NCBI RefSeq assembly: GCF_036365525.1
Contig: NC_090372.1
Coordinates: forward strand, 179,033,800 to 179,097,799
Direction: 5' to 3'
Origin: Heterodontus francisci
Taxonomy: Eukaryota
DNA: 64,000 nt
Part shown: positions 1 to 12,481 of the stretch, in pieces
How positions within the stretch are numbered: the stretch's first letter is position 1
Layout of the letters: each line of letters begins with the position of its first letter
The notes under the pieces: model-generated
What the model was told of the DNA's origin: nothing
The model's database searches: none
Seen by the model: only the letters and a program-made list of their open reading frames with translations
Position numbers and translations under genes: made by a program

Positions 1-579
1 CGGCCCAATCGGCAATGCAACTGATAGAAGTGGCTGCTGCTGAAGCTGCAGGGAGAAAATGAGGACTCCTCAATGTCAAGGCACCCTTAAAGGTGAGGTA
101 AGCTTTTTTTTAATGTGTCAGAGCTAGGCTGGCAGGCAGGGCCCGGCAATCAGAGGGGCGAGCCTCCATTGGTGGCATCGATGCTGCGGGGCGGCCGTTG
201 ATATCGGGAGGCCCCTCCGTGGGCATGGGAGAGCCAGAAAGGAAGCCCGCCCCCCCACCACCCCCCCCACACCAACCCGGGAACCCATTGGGAGGCCACC
301 TCAATATACCCGGTGGTTTCCCCAAGCGGCAAGGGCCCATCCCAACACCAGAGAAAATGCTGGCGGGGCAGAAAATGGCTGTTAATTGGCCAATTAATTG
401 AATTTACTGGCCGCTCGCCTCCGGTCGGTGGGTGGCCAGACCACTACCGTTCCTGCTGCTGGGAATATGCCATGGTGGCAGGAAGATGTCGGGTTTCCCT
501 GCCAACATTTCCGCAGCCACTCTACCAGCCCTCCTGCCTCCCAGCCCATCTCCGGTGGCTTGTGTGGTAAAATTCCCGC
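1..579. mobile_element. Right part of a non-autonomous PIF/Harbinger-type DNA element
   Basis: GC-rich non-coding body ending TAAAATTCCCGC, the reverse complement of the GGGNNNRATTTT terminus that starts the transposase-bearing element at 55708. Confidence 0.5.
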
Positions 580-1415
580 AGCTTGTGTGGTAAACCAGAT
601 CTGGCAAATCTTGCAGATATTGTTAGGAAAGATTTTGCCGGGCCTGTTCCCAAATGCCCTGGATCATCAAGGAAAGATCAGGAAACTGGGCGTCCCAGAG
701 GGCTAGCCTGAAAAGGCACCTGCTCGAGTTTCCTCCATTTAAACAAATAGAGGAAAATCAGGCCGGTTTTTCTGCAGATGTGTGGCCTGATCTGCCTGGT
801 TTTCTAATATTTACTGTGCCCAGATGACCCAGTGCTCCTGGGCTTTCCTATAATCTCTTTTTGAAGCACCATGTACAGATCCCCAAGAGTGAAAACGTGT
901 ACAAATTTGCAGTTCTCAAAACCCCAAACACAGTCCATCTTAAGTCACCTAAATTTCCACAGTGTAAAATTAGCATAAGTAACAGTTTTCAAATCGTTTC
1001 TATATTCCCTCCCAGTGTTCCTTTTCTGAAGGCATTAACTTCTTGCCGAGGTACAGCTCCCTGGGTACCATCTGGTAACCCATCTGAACGGCCATCTTTC
1101 CCATGTGAGCATCGACAGTGAAAGCTGGTGGACCATCTGACTGTGAAATGCCTCACAGTCAAGTCTAATCCCAACCTTACTTGATGTAGACTTGCAGCAG
1201 GGACCCTTAAAGAGTGAGAAGAGCCAAAATCTCTCCTAACCCAGGGAAACCGAGTATGTTCTAGCACCCAGGCTGATTTCAGCACTGGAGAGTGATTAAA
1301 AATATTTTGAATATATTGTGTGCAGAGCATTTGGCGTAAATACAGCAATATTGCAAAGGACAATATCGTTGGGGTAAAAGGCCAAAATCTGCAGATCTCA
1401 TTGTTTCATTATTAT

Positions 1416-1816
1416 GGGAGGGGATGGTGGCGTAGTGGCAATGTAACTGGGCTAGTAACCCAGAGGCCTAAGCTACTATCCTGTGGAAATGGGTTCAAAT
1501 CCCATCTCGGCAGCTGGTTGAATTTTAATTTTAATTAATAAAAATCTGAAACTGAAAGCTAGTCTCAGTAATGGTACCATGAAACTATCACTGATTGTTG
1601 TAAAAATATACCTGGTTCACTGATGTCTTCCATTAGGGAAGGAAATCTGTCATCCTTACCTGGTCTGGCCTACATGTGGCTCCATACCCACAGCAATGTG
1701 ACTCTTAATTGCCCTCTGCAACAGCCTAGCAAGACACTTAGTTCAAGGGTAATTAGGGATGGGCAACAAATGCTGACCTGCCGGTGGCACCCACATCCTA
1801 TAACGAATTTTAAAAA
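1416..1816 (+). mobile_element. tRNA-headed SINE with WH-type LINE tail
   Basis: A-box-like TGGCGTAGTGG, B-box-like GGTTCAAATCC, 3' end AGGGTAATTAGGGATGGGCAACAAATGCTG matching the LINE 3' end at about 6950-7020; second copy at 26992. Confidence 0.85.
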
Positions 1817-2292
1817 TCTTGTCAGTTTACCTTATCGATTGTAAGTGGAGGGGTCCCTTCCATAGTGATTCCACTATAGTTAACTTACTTGATATTGAAT
1901 ACGCACATAATGATCTTGGTGAGTCCTTTATTTCCTTTTCCGAGACCTGGAATTAAAAGGACCTGATGTCATTTCAGTATCTCAGCCTCAATAGCACTAA
2001 CACACTTTAACCCCAGCATAGATGTAGCTCAATTTGATCAAAATCTCTTCCTGTTCAACTTCAAGATGATACAATGATAAGGCCTGATGTTGTTGTAGAA
2101 AGATTTAAAAAAATATTTTTTAAGGTTGCAAACTGAGACAAAAAAGTCTGAGTTCACCCCCAACCAACCATCCGTGGAGAAACTGACATTTGAGGATACA
2201 GAAATGTGAATTAAATGAATGCAGGGTTGACTCAGGGCTAGACAGAAGGATTTGTAAATGCTATTTACATTGGGATCATCTATTATATCAAA

Positions 2293-3545
2293 TAACAACA
2301 ACAACTTGTATTTTTATAGCACCTTTAACATAATAATACATCCCAAGGTGCTTCACAGGAATGTTATAAAGCAAAATTTGAAACTGAGCCACATGAGATG
2401 ATATTAGGGCAGATGGCCAAAAGCTTGGTCAAAGTGTGTATGTTTTAAGGAGCGTATTAAAGGAGGAAAGAGAGGTGGAAAGATGCACAGGTTTAGGGAG
2501 GGAATTTCAGAGCTTATAACTTAGGAAGCCATGTCTCCAAAGGTGGCGCAAATAAAATTGGGAATGCTCAATAGGCCAGAATTAGATGAGCGCAGATGTC
2601 TCGGAGGGTTGTGGGGGCTGGAGGAGATTACAGAGATAGGAAGAGACGAGGCCATGGAGGGATTTGAAAGCAAGGATGAAAATTTTAAAATCGAGACATT
2701 GCTTGACTAGGAGCTGATGTAGGTCAGTGAGGACGGGGTGATGGCTGATTGGTGCGAGTGAGGACACAGGCAGTGGAGTTTTGAATGATGTTAAACTTAT
2801 GGAGTGCAGAATGTGGGAGGCTGGCAAGGTGTGTGTTGGAATAGTCAAATCGAGAGGTAACAAAGTCATGGATGAGGGTTTTGGCAGCAGATGAACTAAG
2901 GCAGGGGCGGAGTCAGGCGATGTGGAAATAGACGGTCTTTGTGATGGCCGAATATGTGGTCGGAAACTCATCTCAGGTCAAATTTGATGTCAAGGTTAGG
3001 AGCAGTGTGGTTCAGCCTCAGACAGTTGCCGGGGAGAGGGATGGAATTGGTAGCTAGGGAATGGAGTTTGTGGCAGGGACCAAAAGCATTGACTTTGGTC
3101 TTCCCAATATTTAATTGGAGGAAATTTCTGTTCATCTAGTTCTGGATGTCAGGGAAGCAGTTTGACAAGTTAGCAACAGTGGAGGAGTTGAGAGAGGCAG
3201 TGGTGAGGTTAAGCTGTGTGTCATCAGCATAAATATGAAAACTAATGCTGTGTTTTTGGATGATGTCACCGAGGGGCAGCATGTAGATAGGACGGGGCCA
3301 AGGATAGACCCTTGGGGACACCAGAGGTACTGATGTGGGAGCAAGAAAATAAGCCATTGCAAATGATTTGCTGCCTATGATTGGATAGGTAGGAATGGAA
3401 CCAGGTGAGTGCCGTCCCACCCAGTGAGAAGATAGTGGAGAGGTGTTGGAGAGGATGGTGTGGTTAGTCGTGTCAAAGGCTGTAGACGGGTTGAGAAGGA
3501 GCAGGAGGGATGATTTACCTTTGTCACAGTCACATAGGATGTCAA
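2293..3545 (-). mobile_element. L2-type LINE, 5'-truncated and degraded
   Basis: RT remnants (AFDTTNHTIL, IYADDTQL), C-terminal HPVLTDLHQLLVKQCLDFKI, (TTG)n tail near 2293. Confidence 0.85.
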
Positions 3546-3783
3546 ATAATTTGTTGCTTGGAGCAGTTTCTGAAATTTTAGTGGTTAAATTTCTGTGCTG
3601 TTGCAAATAGTACCAAATAAACAAGTAATTTAACGTGAAAGCAAAGCAAAATACCTGGAAATGACTATAATTGTACTCTTATAATTAAAGTCCTGTATCC
3701 TGAGGGACTCGTAGATAAATGCTCACTATAAAACATACAGATGGGAAGGTTGCAGCTTTGATTTCCATTGTGTTCAGATAGTT

Positions 3784-3957
3784 GGAGGTAATTTTGACTT
3801 TAGGCGCTAACGTAAACTGTGTTATTGGCTCAGCCACTCGTTAAATACTTCTCACAATTTTCACTTTCATTGTAGATGAAATCAGTCAAGTTGTTAAAAG
3901 GGTGGCCTAGCCTATATTGTACCTTTTACACTATCATCTAAAGTCAAAATTATCCTT
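3784..3957. mobile_element. MITE, about 174 bp
   Basis: TIRs GGAGGTAATTTTGACTTTAG / CTAAAGTCAAAATTATCCTT with a 15-bp exact inverted match; non-coding. Confidence 0.7.
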
Positions 3958-4074
3958 TTGTTCTCAGCTGGTGCAACAGTTGAAATATCTCAATTGTCTT
4001 CAGTGACAGCTAACAACTTAAAAAAACTTAAAACATAATAAACATCCCAACATACTCCATGTGTCATGTGTGTC

Positions 4075-5297
4075 TTTTTTTTACATTCTTTCACGGGATG
4101 TGGGCATTTCTGGCTAGGCCAACAGTTATTGCCAATCCTTAATTGCCCTTGAGAAGGTGGTGGTGAGCTGCCTTCTTGAGCCATTGCAGTCCTTGGGGTG
4201 TAGGTACACCAACAGTGCTTTTAGGAAGGGCGTTCTAGGGTTTTGAACCAGCGACAGTGAAGGAACGGCAATATAGTTTCAAGTCAGGATGGTGTCTGAC
4301 TTAGAGGAGAACTTGCAGGTGCTGGTGTTCCCCTGCATCTGCTGCCCTTGTCCTTTTAGGTGGTAGAGGTCGCGGGTTTGAAAGGTACTGTCGAAGGAGT
4401 CTTGGTGAGTTGCCGCAGTGCATCTTGTAGATGGTTCAACCTGCTGCCACTGTGCGTCAGTGGTGAAGGGAGTGAATGTTGAAGGTGATGGATGGGGTGC
4501 CAATCAAGAGAGCTGCTTTGTCCTAGATGCTGTCAAGCTTCTTGAATATTGTTGAAGCTGCACCCATCCAGACAAGTTTAGAGTATTCCATCACAGTCCT
4601 GACTTGTGCCTTGTCGATGGTGGGCAGGTATTGGGGAAGCAGGAGGTGTGTTATCCGTCACAGAATTCCCAGCCCCTGACCTACTCTTGTAGCCACGGCA
4701 TTTATGTGGCTCGTCTAGTTCAGTTTCTGGTCAATGATAACCCCCAGGATGTTGATAGTGGCGGATTCAGTGATGGTAATGCCATTGAACATCAAGGGGA
4801 AATGATTAAATTCTCTCTTGTTGGAGATGGTCATTGCCTGGCACTTGTGTGGTGCAAATGTTACTTGCCACTTATCAGCCCAAGCCTGGTAGTCATCCAG
4901 GTCTTGCTGCATATGGACATGGGTTGCTTCAGTATCTGAGGAATCGTGAATGGTGCTGAACATTGTGCCATCATCAGCGAACATCCCCACTTCTGACCTT
5001 ATGATGGAGGGAAGGTCATTGATGAAACAGCTATAGATGGTTAACCCGAGGACACTACCCTGAGGAACTCCTGCAGTGATGTCCTGGGACGGAGATGATT
5101 GACCCCCAACAACCACAAACATTTTCCTTTGTGCTAGGTATGATTCCAACCAGTGGAGAGTTTTCCCCCTGATTGCCATTGACTCCAGTTTTGCTAGGGC
5201 TCCTTGATGCCGTACTCGGTCAAATGCTGCCTTGATGTCAAGGGCAGTCACTCTCACCTCACACCAAGGCTGTAATGAGGTCAGGAGCTGAGTGGAC
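4075..5297 (-). mobile_element. WH-type CR1-group LINE, 3' 1.2 kb
   Basis: ORF 4715..5362: ALDIKAAFDRVRH, GVPQGSVLG, MFADD, WADKWQVTFAPHKC; family 3' UTR with A tail at about 4075. Confidence 0.9.
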
Positions 5298-5626
5298 CTG
5301 CAGTCAATGGCAGAGGCACAGGGATTTTGGAAGTGGATGGATTTGATTTTTCCAATGTTCAACTGGAGAAAGTCAGAGACTACCTGTGACTTGACATCAA
5401 TGAATCTGACAAAGAACAGGCAGCATGAAATCCAGGGTCAGCTGGGATTGACATTCCTGATTATTCGCTGCCTCCCTCTAGAAAGTGCACAACTGGAGAT
5501 TGGGGATGATGGGCATGGCAAGTGCTGTGCCAACCAGGCAAAGTATGTGGGTGCTGGGGAGAAAAAAAGCTAATAGCCTTGTGAAGCCACTATTTCACTA
5601 TTGGACAGATCAGAATGCCACACAAA

Positions 5627-6105
5627 GGCCTGGATTTTAAGAGCTGAAGTGATCTATGGTGGGGGTGGTGGTTGGGGGCGGTGGGGACCCCTGAAGATGG
5701 CTCCGGATGAGGCCTGCCTCAGACCTCGATGCTGGCAGGACCCGGCCCAATCTTCCCGGCGATGGCAAGGCTCCATGGCCAGCCCCCGCCTCTGGGCGAC
5801 AGGACCACAATTTAAATATGCAAATCAATACATTTAATAAATTTGGACCTGCAACCTTGAGGGCCCGCTGCAATCTTCAGCACAGCGGCCAGCACTCCTG
5901 CACCTTCAGATCCCCATCCGGGGAAACGTGGAGCCACACTGGTGGGGAGGGGGAAGGAGGTAAGATTGTCAGTATGGGGTGGGTGGGGGTGAAATGGGGT
6001 CAAGTAAATGTAACGGGTGTAGGGAATGGTGGGAAGGGTTGAACCTTAAACTTTGTGCAGTTTAGTAGGGGTTGGGAAGGTCTGATGTAAAAGGTAAGTA
6101 TTAAT
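5627..6105. mobile_element. Left part of a non-autonomous Harbinger-type element
   Basis: Begins GGCCTGGATTTT (shared terminus motif); cut off by the LINE at 6108. Confidence 0.5.
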
Positions 6106-6107
6106 GG

Positions 6108-7022
6108 CCGGAGTCATACCTAGCACAAAGGAAGATGGTTGTGGTTGTTGGAGGCCAATTATCTCAGTGGCAGGATACTGCTGCAGGAGTTCCTGAGGGT
6201 AGTGTCCTAGGCCCAACCACTTCAGCTGCTTCATCAATGACCTTCCTCCATAATAAGGTCAGAAGTGGGGATGTTCGCTTGTGTTTGCACAATGCTTATT
6301 CGCAGTTTCTCAGATAATGAAGCAGTCCATGCCCGTGTGCAGCAAGACCTGGACAACATCCAGGCTTGGGCTGATAAGTGGCAAGTAACATTTGCGCCAC
6401 ACAAGTGCCAGGAAATGACAATCTCCAACAAAAGAGAATCTAACCATCTCCCCAGGCCATTCATTGGCAATACCATCACTGAATCCCCCACCATCAACAA
6501 CCTGGGGTTGGGGGGTGGGGAGGTCACCAATGATCAGAAGCTTAATTGCAACAGCCACATAAATACTGTGGCTCACGAGTAACTCACCTCCTGATTCCCC
6601 GAGGCCTGTCCACCAACCACAAGGCAGAAGTCAGGAGCGTGATGGAATATTCTGCATTTGCCTGGATGAGTGCAATTCCAACAACACTCAAGAAACTTGA
6701 CACCATTCAGGACAAAACAGCCCACTTGATTGGCACTCCATCCAACACATTAAACATTCACTCTCACCACCACTGGCGCACAGTGTGTACGATTTACAAC
6801 ATGGACTGCAGTAACTCGCCAAGACTCCTTCGATAATACCTCCCAAACATTGCTGAGTCAAAATCCTGAAGATCCCTACCGACTAGCACATTGGCTTCAC
6901 CACAAAGTATGCAGTGATTGATGAAGGAAGCTCACTGCCACCTTCTCAAGGGCAATTAGGGATGGACAATAAATTCTGGCCTCGCCAGCGATGCCCACTT
7001 CCTGTGAATGAATAAATGAAAA
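6108..7022 (+). mobile_element. WH-type CR1-group LINE, 3' fragment
   Basis: VPEGSVLGP and QQDLDNIQAWADKWQVTFAPHKC; family 3' UTR and A-rich end. Confidence 0.9.
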
Positions 7023-8351
7023 AGTAAAAACATTAAGACTAGAGTAGATTGCTCCAGTTAAAAATATTAACATGGCACAGGGACAATGGGATGAATTCTG
7101 TGTTCTATGCCATGGGAGAATGGAAAACTGGAATACTGTCGCCTACCAACTGCAAGATAATTTGCATCTTTTCACAGCGGCTCTTGTAACACTTCTTCCA
7201 AACGTAGGATTTCACCTCATGAGGAACTGGCTTTAATTAGGAAAAGTTGAGAATTGCAATGCAGGTCGTGGAAATAAGGACAGCCAATAGCAGGACATAT
7301 TAAAGCTTATAAATGCTAACATTTAGAAATATTCTTCTTCATGCCCCCTTAAATACATTTGGCTTATGTCATTGTTGCAATGAACCCTGTGGTCATATTA
7401 GGCCCATCTCCCTGGAAAGTACAGCACACAGTGACCATAATGATCCAGTGGAACTGTTCAGATTTACTTCTTACCATAAATGCTCCTGACCTCCACAAGC
7501 GGGGGCCCACAAAGCCTACAATCTTCCTTAATCTTCCTACACAACCATAATTATGTATGAAAAGACTGGAGCATTAAATCAACTTAAGAAGTTTCAATTT
7601 TTAATATGGAGCAGAGACAGTTCCAGACTCTGCATTTTTCAAACATACATCATTATGCTTATTATGGCTTTTGCTGCATCTTTGTCTTATGATGTTTAGT
7701 ATTAGTTTGTCCTCCCCTAGTTAAAACGCAGCAAGCTATAAAAAGCACAATTGTGATGCTGCAGCTTTGAGTTTTAAGATAGCCTGCAATAGATTATAGA
7801 GCTGAATCCTGAATGTAAGAAACTCAGACACAGCATTGCTGTTGCTTATTAAGGACAAGGAAATGTACAATAAATGAAACCTGCACATAAAGCATTCATT
7901 CATACCTTTAACAAACAAGTGATAAAGATGGTGTAAGTGGGATTTTTAAAACAGTTGGTTGTTTGTAAATACTCATGCCCACTGAGAAACTTCAGAAATG
8001 CTGATCAACAGCTTCAAAAGGGCCTACAACTCAAAAATCAACATACAACTGAGAAACCAGCACTGAGTAAAAGCCAATGATGCACTCTGCTGCTTCATTG
8101 TGACTGAATAAGTTAAGTTCCTTTTTATTACGTTGGAGTTCAGGATTTTTGATAGTATTTTGGGATCATGTACGGTAACTCAAATTGTTTTTTTCTGTGA
8201 AAACTGAAAGCTAATGGCCTCAGCTATTAACTAGCAAAACTCCACTTAATCAGAGCACAGTGAAACACGAGATCGTCAGAACTTAAGGTGCAGCTTTACC
8301 TAATAACCCATCGGTTGTATTATAAGGGAGAAAAGGACATGAAAATGCATT

Positions 8352-9380
8352 TACAACAACAATTTCTATTTATATAGTGCCTTTAATATAATACAATGTC
8401 CCAAGGTGCTTCACAGAGGCATTATAAAACAAAATATAACACCATGCTACGTAAGGAGATATTAGGGCAGGTGATCAAAAGCTTGGTCAAAGAGCTAGGT
8501 TGTAAGGAGTTTCTTAAAGGAGAAAAGTGAGATGGAGAGGCTCAGAGAGGTATAGGGAGGGAATTCCAGAGTTTAGGGCCTAGGCAGCTGAAGGCTTGGC
8601 CACCAATGGTGGAGCAATTAAAATTGGGGATACTCAAGAGGCCAGAATTAGAGGAGCACAGATATCTCAGGGGGTTGTAGGGCTGCAGGAAATTACAGAG
8701 AAAGGGAGGGGCAAGGCCATGGAGGGATTTGAAAACAAGGATGAGAATTTTAAAATCAAGGCGTTGTTTAACTGGGAGCCAGTGTGGGTCAGTGAGCACA
8801 GTGGTGATAGGTGAAAGGCACTTGGAGTGAGTTTTGGATGACCTCAAGTTTACACAGGGTAGAATGTGGGAGACCAGCTCGGAGTCCATTAGAAAAGTTA
8901 AATCTGGAGGTAACAAAGGCATGGATGAGGTTTTCAGAGACAGAAGTACTGAGGCAGAGGCGGAGACAGGCGATGTTATGGAGGTAGAAATAGGTGGTTT
9001 TAGCGATGGTGCGGATATGTGGTTGAAAGGTCATCTGGAGGTCAAATATGATACCAAGGTTGCAAACAGTCTGGTGTAGACTCATCCAGCTGCCAGCGAG
9101 AGGGTGGAATTGGTGGCAAGGGAGCGGAGTTTGTGGCAAGGACTGAAGACAATGGCTTCAATCTTCCCAATATTTAATTGGAGAAAATTTCTGCTCATCC
9201 AGCATTGGATGTCAGATAAGCAGTGTAACAATTTAGAAACAGTGGAGAGGTTGAGAGAGGTGGTGGTAATGTAGAGCTGGGTGCTGTCAGTGTACAAGTG
9301 GAAACTGATGTGTTTTTGGATGATGTTGCTGGGCAGGGAGGTGACACGTAGAAGAGAAATAGGGCCAAGGATGGATCCTT
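8352..9380 (-). mobile_element. L2-type LINE fragment
   Basis: YTDSTQLY, WMSRNFLQLNIGK, HWLPVKQRLDFKILILVFKSLHGLAP; (TTG)n tail. Confidence 0.85.
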
Positions 9381-9624
9381 GCAGTGAATTTAGACATTTC
9401 TGAAGGGAAACTTGAGTGCTGGATGTGCAAAATTTGTTTCTCAGAGGACCACAAATTTTGACTTTTGAAATGATTTTGCTGCATTTACTATCATTCTGCT
9501 TTTGAAGCCAAAAATAATGATGAGTTCAAGAAATGACATCTCCAGCTGAGTCTGACAACAAAATGATATCATCTGTGAAGAGCAGTACATTTCAGAAATA
9601 CCCAGAACAGATACTGCAAAACCA

Positions 9625-9990
9625 ACCTCACCCTCCCTATCTCTGTAACCTCCTCCGGCCTTACAACTCTCAGAGACTTCTGTGCTCATGCAATTCTGGC
9701 CTCTTGAGCATTCCTGATTTTAATCACACCACAATTAGTGGCCATTCCTTCAGCTGCCAAGGCCCTAAGCTCTGGAATTCCTTCCCTAAACAGCTCAGCC
9801 TCTCAAATCTCTCTTTTCTCCATTATGGTACTCCTTAAAACCTACCTCTTTGACCAAGCTTTTGGCCATCTGCCCTATTATCTCCTTATGTGGCTGGGTG
9901 TCAAATTTGTTTAATAACACTCCTATGGAGTGCCTTGTGACTTCTTAATATGTTAAAGATGCTATATTAATGTATGTTGTTGTTATTGTT
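9625..9990 (+). mobile_element. L2-type LINE 3' end
   Basis: PYLCNLLRPYN...GPKLWNSFP; same 3' UTR as 8352 in the opposite orientation; (TTG)n tail. Confidence 0.8.
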
Positions 9991-10326
9991 GTCTTTGAGT
10001 AGGATGAGCGACAGTGGACAACATTGTTTCACTCGTCTTTTCAGAGAGCTAGATTCAGTAAATGCCCAACTTACCTTTACACACAACTTAGCGCTAGAGC
10101 ATACCTCCCAGGTAGAATTGTAGGTTTGCCTAAGTACTCCCATTGAACCATACAAGCTTACAGTTCTTTGGTCCATTTTGCACATGCCAGTTCTTGACGA
10201 GAGCAATTCAAAACTAACCCCACTGTCCCACTCTCCAAAGCCTTGCACCATTTTAAGTTTCAAATAGTTATCCAATTTTCCTTTGACAATGCAGTGGTCT
10301 ATGCCTCAACCATACCCTCTCTAAAG

Positions 10327-12094
10327 GGTAAGGAGGAAAGTTATGCGTGGAGTCAGAGAAAATGGGTGAGATTCTAAACGAGTACTTTGCATCGGTATTC
10401 ACCGAGGAGAGGGAGATGATGGATGTTGAGGTTAGGGACCGATGTTTGATTACTCTAGGTCAAGTCGGCATAAGGAGGGAGGAAGTGTTGGGTATTCTAA
10501 AAGGCATTAAAGTGGACAAGTCCCCAGGTCCGGATGGGATCTATCCCAGGTTACTGAGGGAAATGAGAGAGGAAATAGTTGGGGCCTTAACAGATATCTT
10601 TGCAACATCCTTAAACACGGGTGAGGTCCCAGAGGACTGGAGAATTGCTAATGTTGTCCCCTTGTTTAAGAAGGGTAGCAGGGATAATCCAGGTAATTAT
10701 AGACAGGTGAGCCTGACGTCAGTGGTAGGGAAGCTGCTGGAGAAGATACTGAGGGATAGGATCTATTCCCATTTGGAAGAAAATGGGCTTATCAGTGATA
10801 GGCAACATGGTTTTGTGCAGGGAAGGTCATGTCTTACCAACTTAATAGAATTCTTTGAGGAAGTGACAAAGTTGATTGATGAGGGAAGGGCTGTAGATGT
10901 CGTATACATGGACTTCAGTAAGGCGTTTGATAAGGTTCCCCATGGTAGGCTGATGGAGAAAGTGAAGGTGCACGGCGTCCAAGGTGTACTAGCTAGATGG
11001 ATAAAGAACTGGCTGGGCAACAGGAGACAGAGAGTAGCAGTGGAAGGGAGTTTCTCAAAATGGAGACGTGTGACCAGTGGTGTTCCACAGGGATCTGTGC
11101 TGGGACCACTGTTGTTTGTGATATACATAAATGATTTGGAGGAAAGTATAGGTGGTCTGATTAGCAAGTTTGCAGACGACACTAAGATTGGTGGAGTAGC
11201 AGATAGTGAAGGGGACTGTCAGACAATACAGCAGAATATAGATAGACTGGAGAGTTGGGCAGAGAAATGGCAGATGGAGTTCAATCAGGGCAAATGCGAG
11301 GTGATGCATTTTGGAAGATCCAATTCAAGAGTGAACTATACAGTAAATGGAAAAGTCCTGGGGAAAATTGATGTGCAGAGAGATTTGGGTGTTCAGGTCC
11401 ATTGTTCCCTGAAGGTGGCAACGCAGGTCAATAGAGTGGTCAAGAAGGCATACGGCATGCTTTCCTTCATCGGACGGGGTATTGAGTACAAGAGTTGGCA
11501 GGTCATGTTACAGTTGTATAGGACTTTGGTTCGGCCACATTTGGAATACTGCGTGCAGTTCTGGTCGCCACATTACCAAAAGGATGTGGATGCTTTGGAG
11601 AGGGTGCAGAGGAGGTTCACCAGGATGTTGCCTGGTATGGAGGGCACTAGCTATGAAGAGAGGTTGAGTAGATTAGGATTATTTTCATTAGAAAGACGGA
11701 GGTTGAGGGGGGACCTGATTGAGGTGTACAAAATCATGAGAGGTATAGACAGGGTGGATAGCAAGAAGCTTTTTCCCAGAGTGGGGGATTCAATTACAAG
11801 GGGGCACGAGTTCAAAGTGAAAGGGGAAAAGTTTAGGGGGGATATGCGTGGAAAGTTCTTTACGCAGAGAGTGGTGGGTGCATGGAACGCATTGCCAGCG
11901 GAGGTGGTAGACGCGGGCACGATAGCATCTTTTAAGATGTATCTAGACAGATACATGAATGGGCAGGAATTAAAGTGATACAGACCCTTAGAAAATAGTC
12001 GACAGGTTTAGATAGAGGATTTGGATCGGCGTAGGCTTGGAGGGCTGAAGGGCCTGTTCCTGTGCTGTAATTTTCTTTGTTCTTTGTTCTTTGT
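10327..12094 (+). mobile_element. CR1 LINE subfamily a, 5'-truncated and young
   Basis: Uninterrupted RT ORF 10347..11978 (DFSKAFDKVPH, GVPQGSVLGP, KFADD), near-identical to 43250-45020; (TTCTTTG)n tail; TSD TCTAAAG at 10320-10326 and 12095-12101. Confidence 0.95.
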
Positions 12095-12481
12095 TCTAAA
12101 GCATTCCACACTCCGATAACCCACTGTGTCAATAAATTTCTCTGAATCTCTTTACTGGCTCTCTTAGTAAGAATTTTAAATTGATGATCCCCTTGTCACT
12201 AACTCTGCAACCAGAGGAAATTTCCCTCTTCACTCTGGTACATGCACCATGACAACTAATTGGAAAGCTCTTTCAAAGAGTTGGTACAGCCATGATGGGC
12301 TGCATGGCCAACCTGTGCTGTATGATTCTATAATTTGGTGATTTTAAACACTGAGTAGCAACACATTTTAATTGGATTTCTCCAGATAATAATCCATTCT
12401 GCTTGATGGTGAGTTCAGTGATTTTGGAAAGCAGCTGGATGGATGGTAGACACCCATTTGTTCAAACACAGGTCAGGAAGA

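Noticed and set aside
9990-10120. Minus-strand KLCVKVSWAFTESSSLKRRVKQCCPLS peptide
   Set aside because: Looks like a tiny decayed non-LTR RT remnant (GVKQGCPLS-like), too short to classify; not a gene
10763-11182. Recurrent antisense ORFs such as MSSANLLIRPP.. (also 43686, 50450, 58499)
   Set aside because: Shadow frames of the CR1 RT coding strand; they recur only because the element recurs
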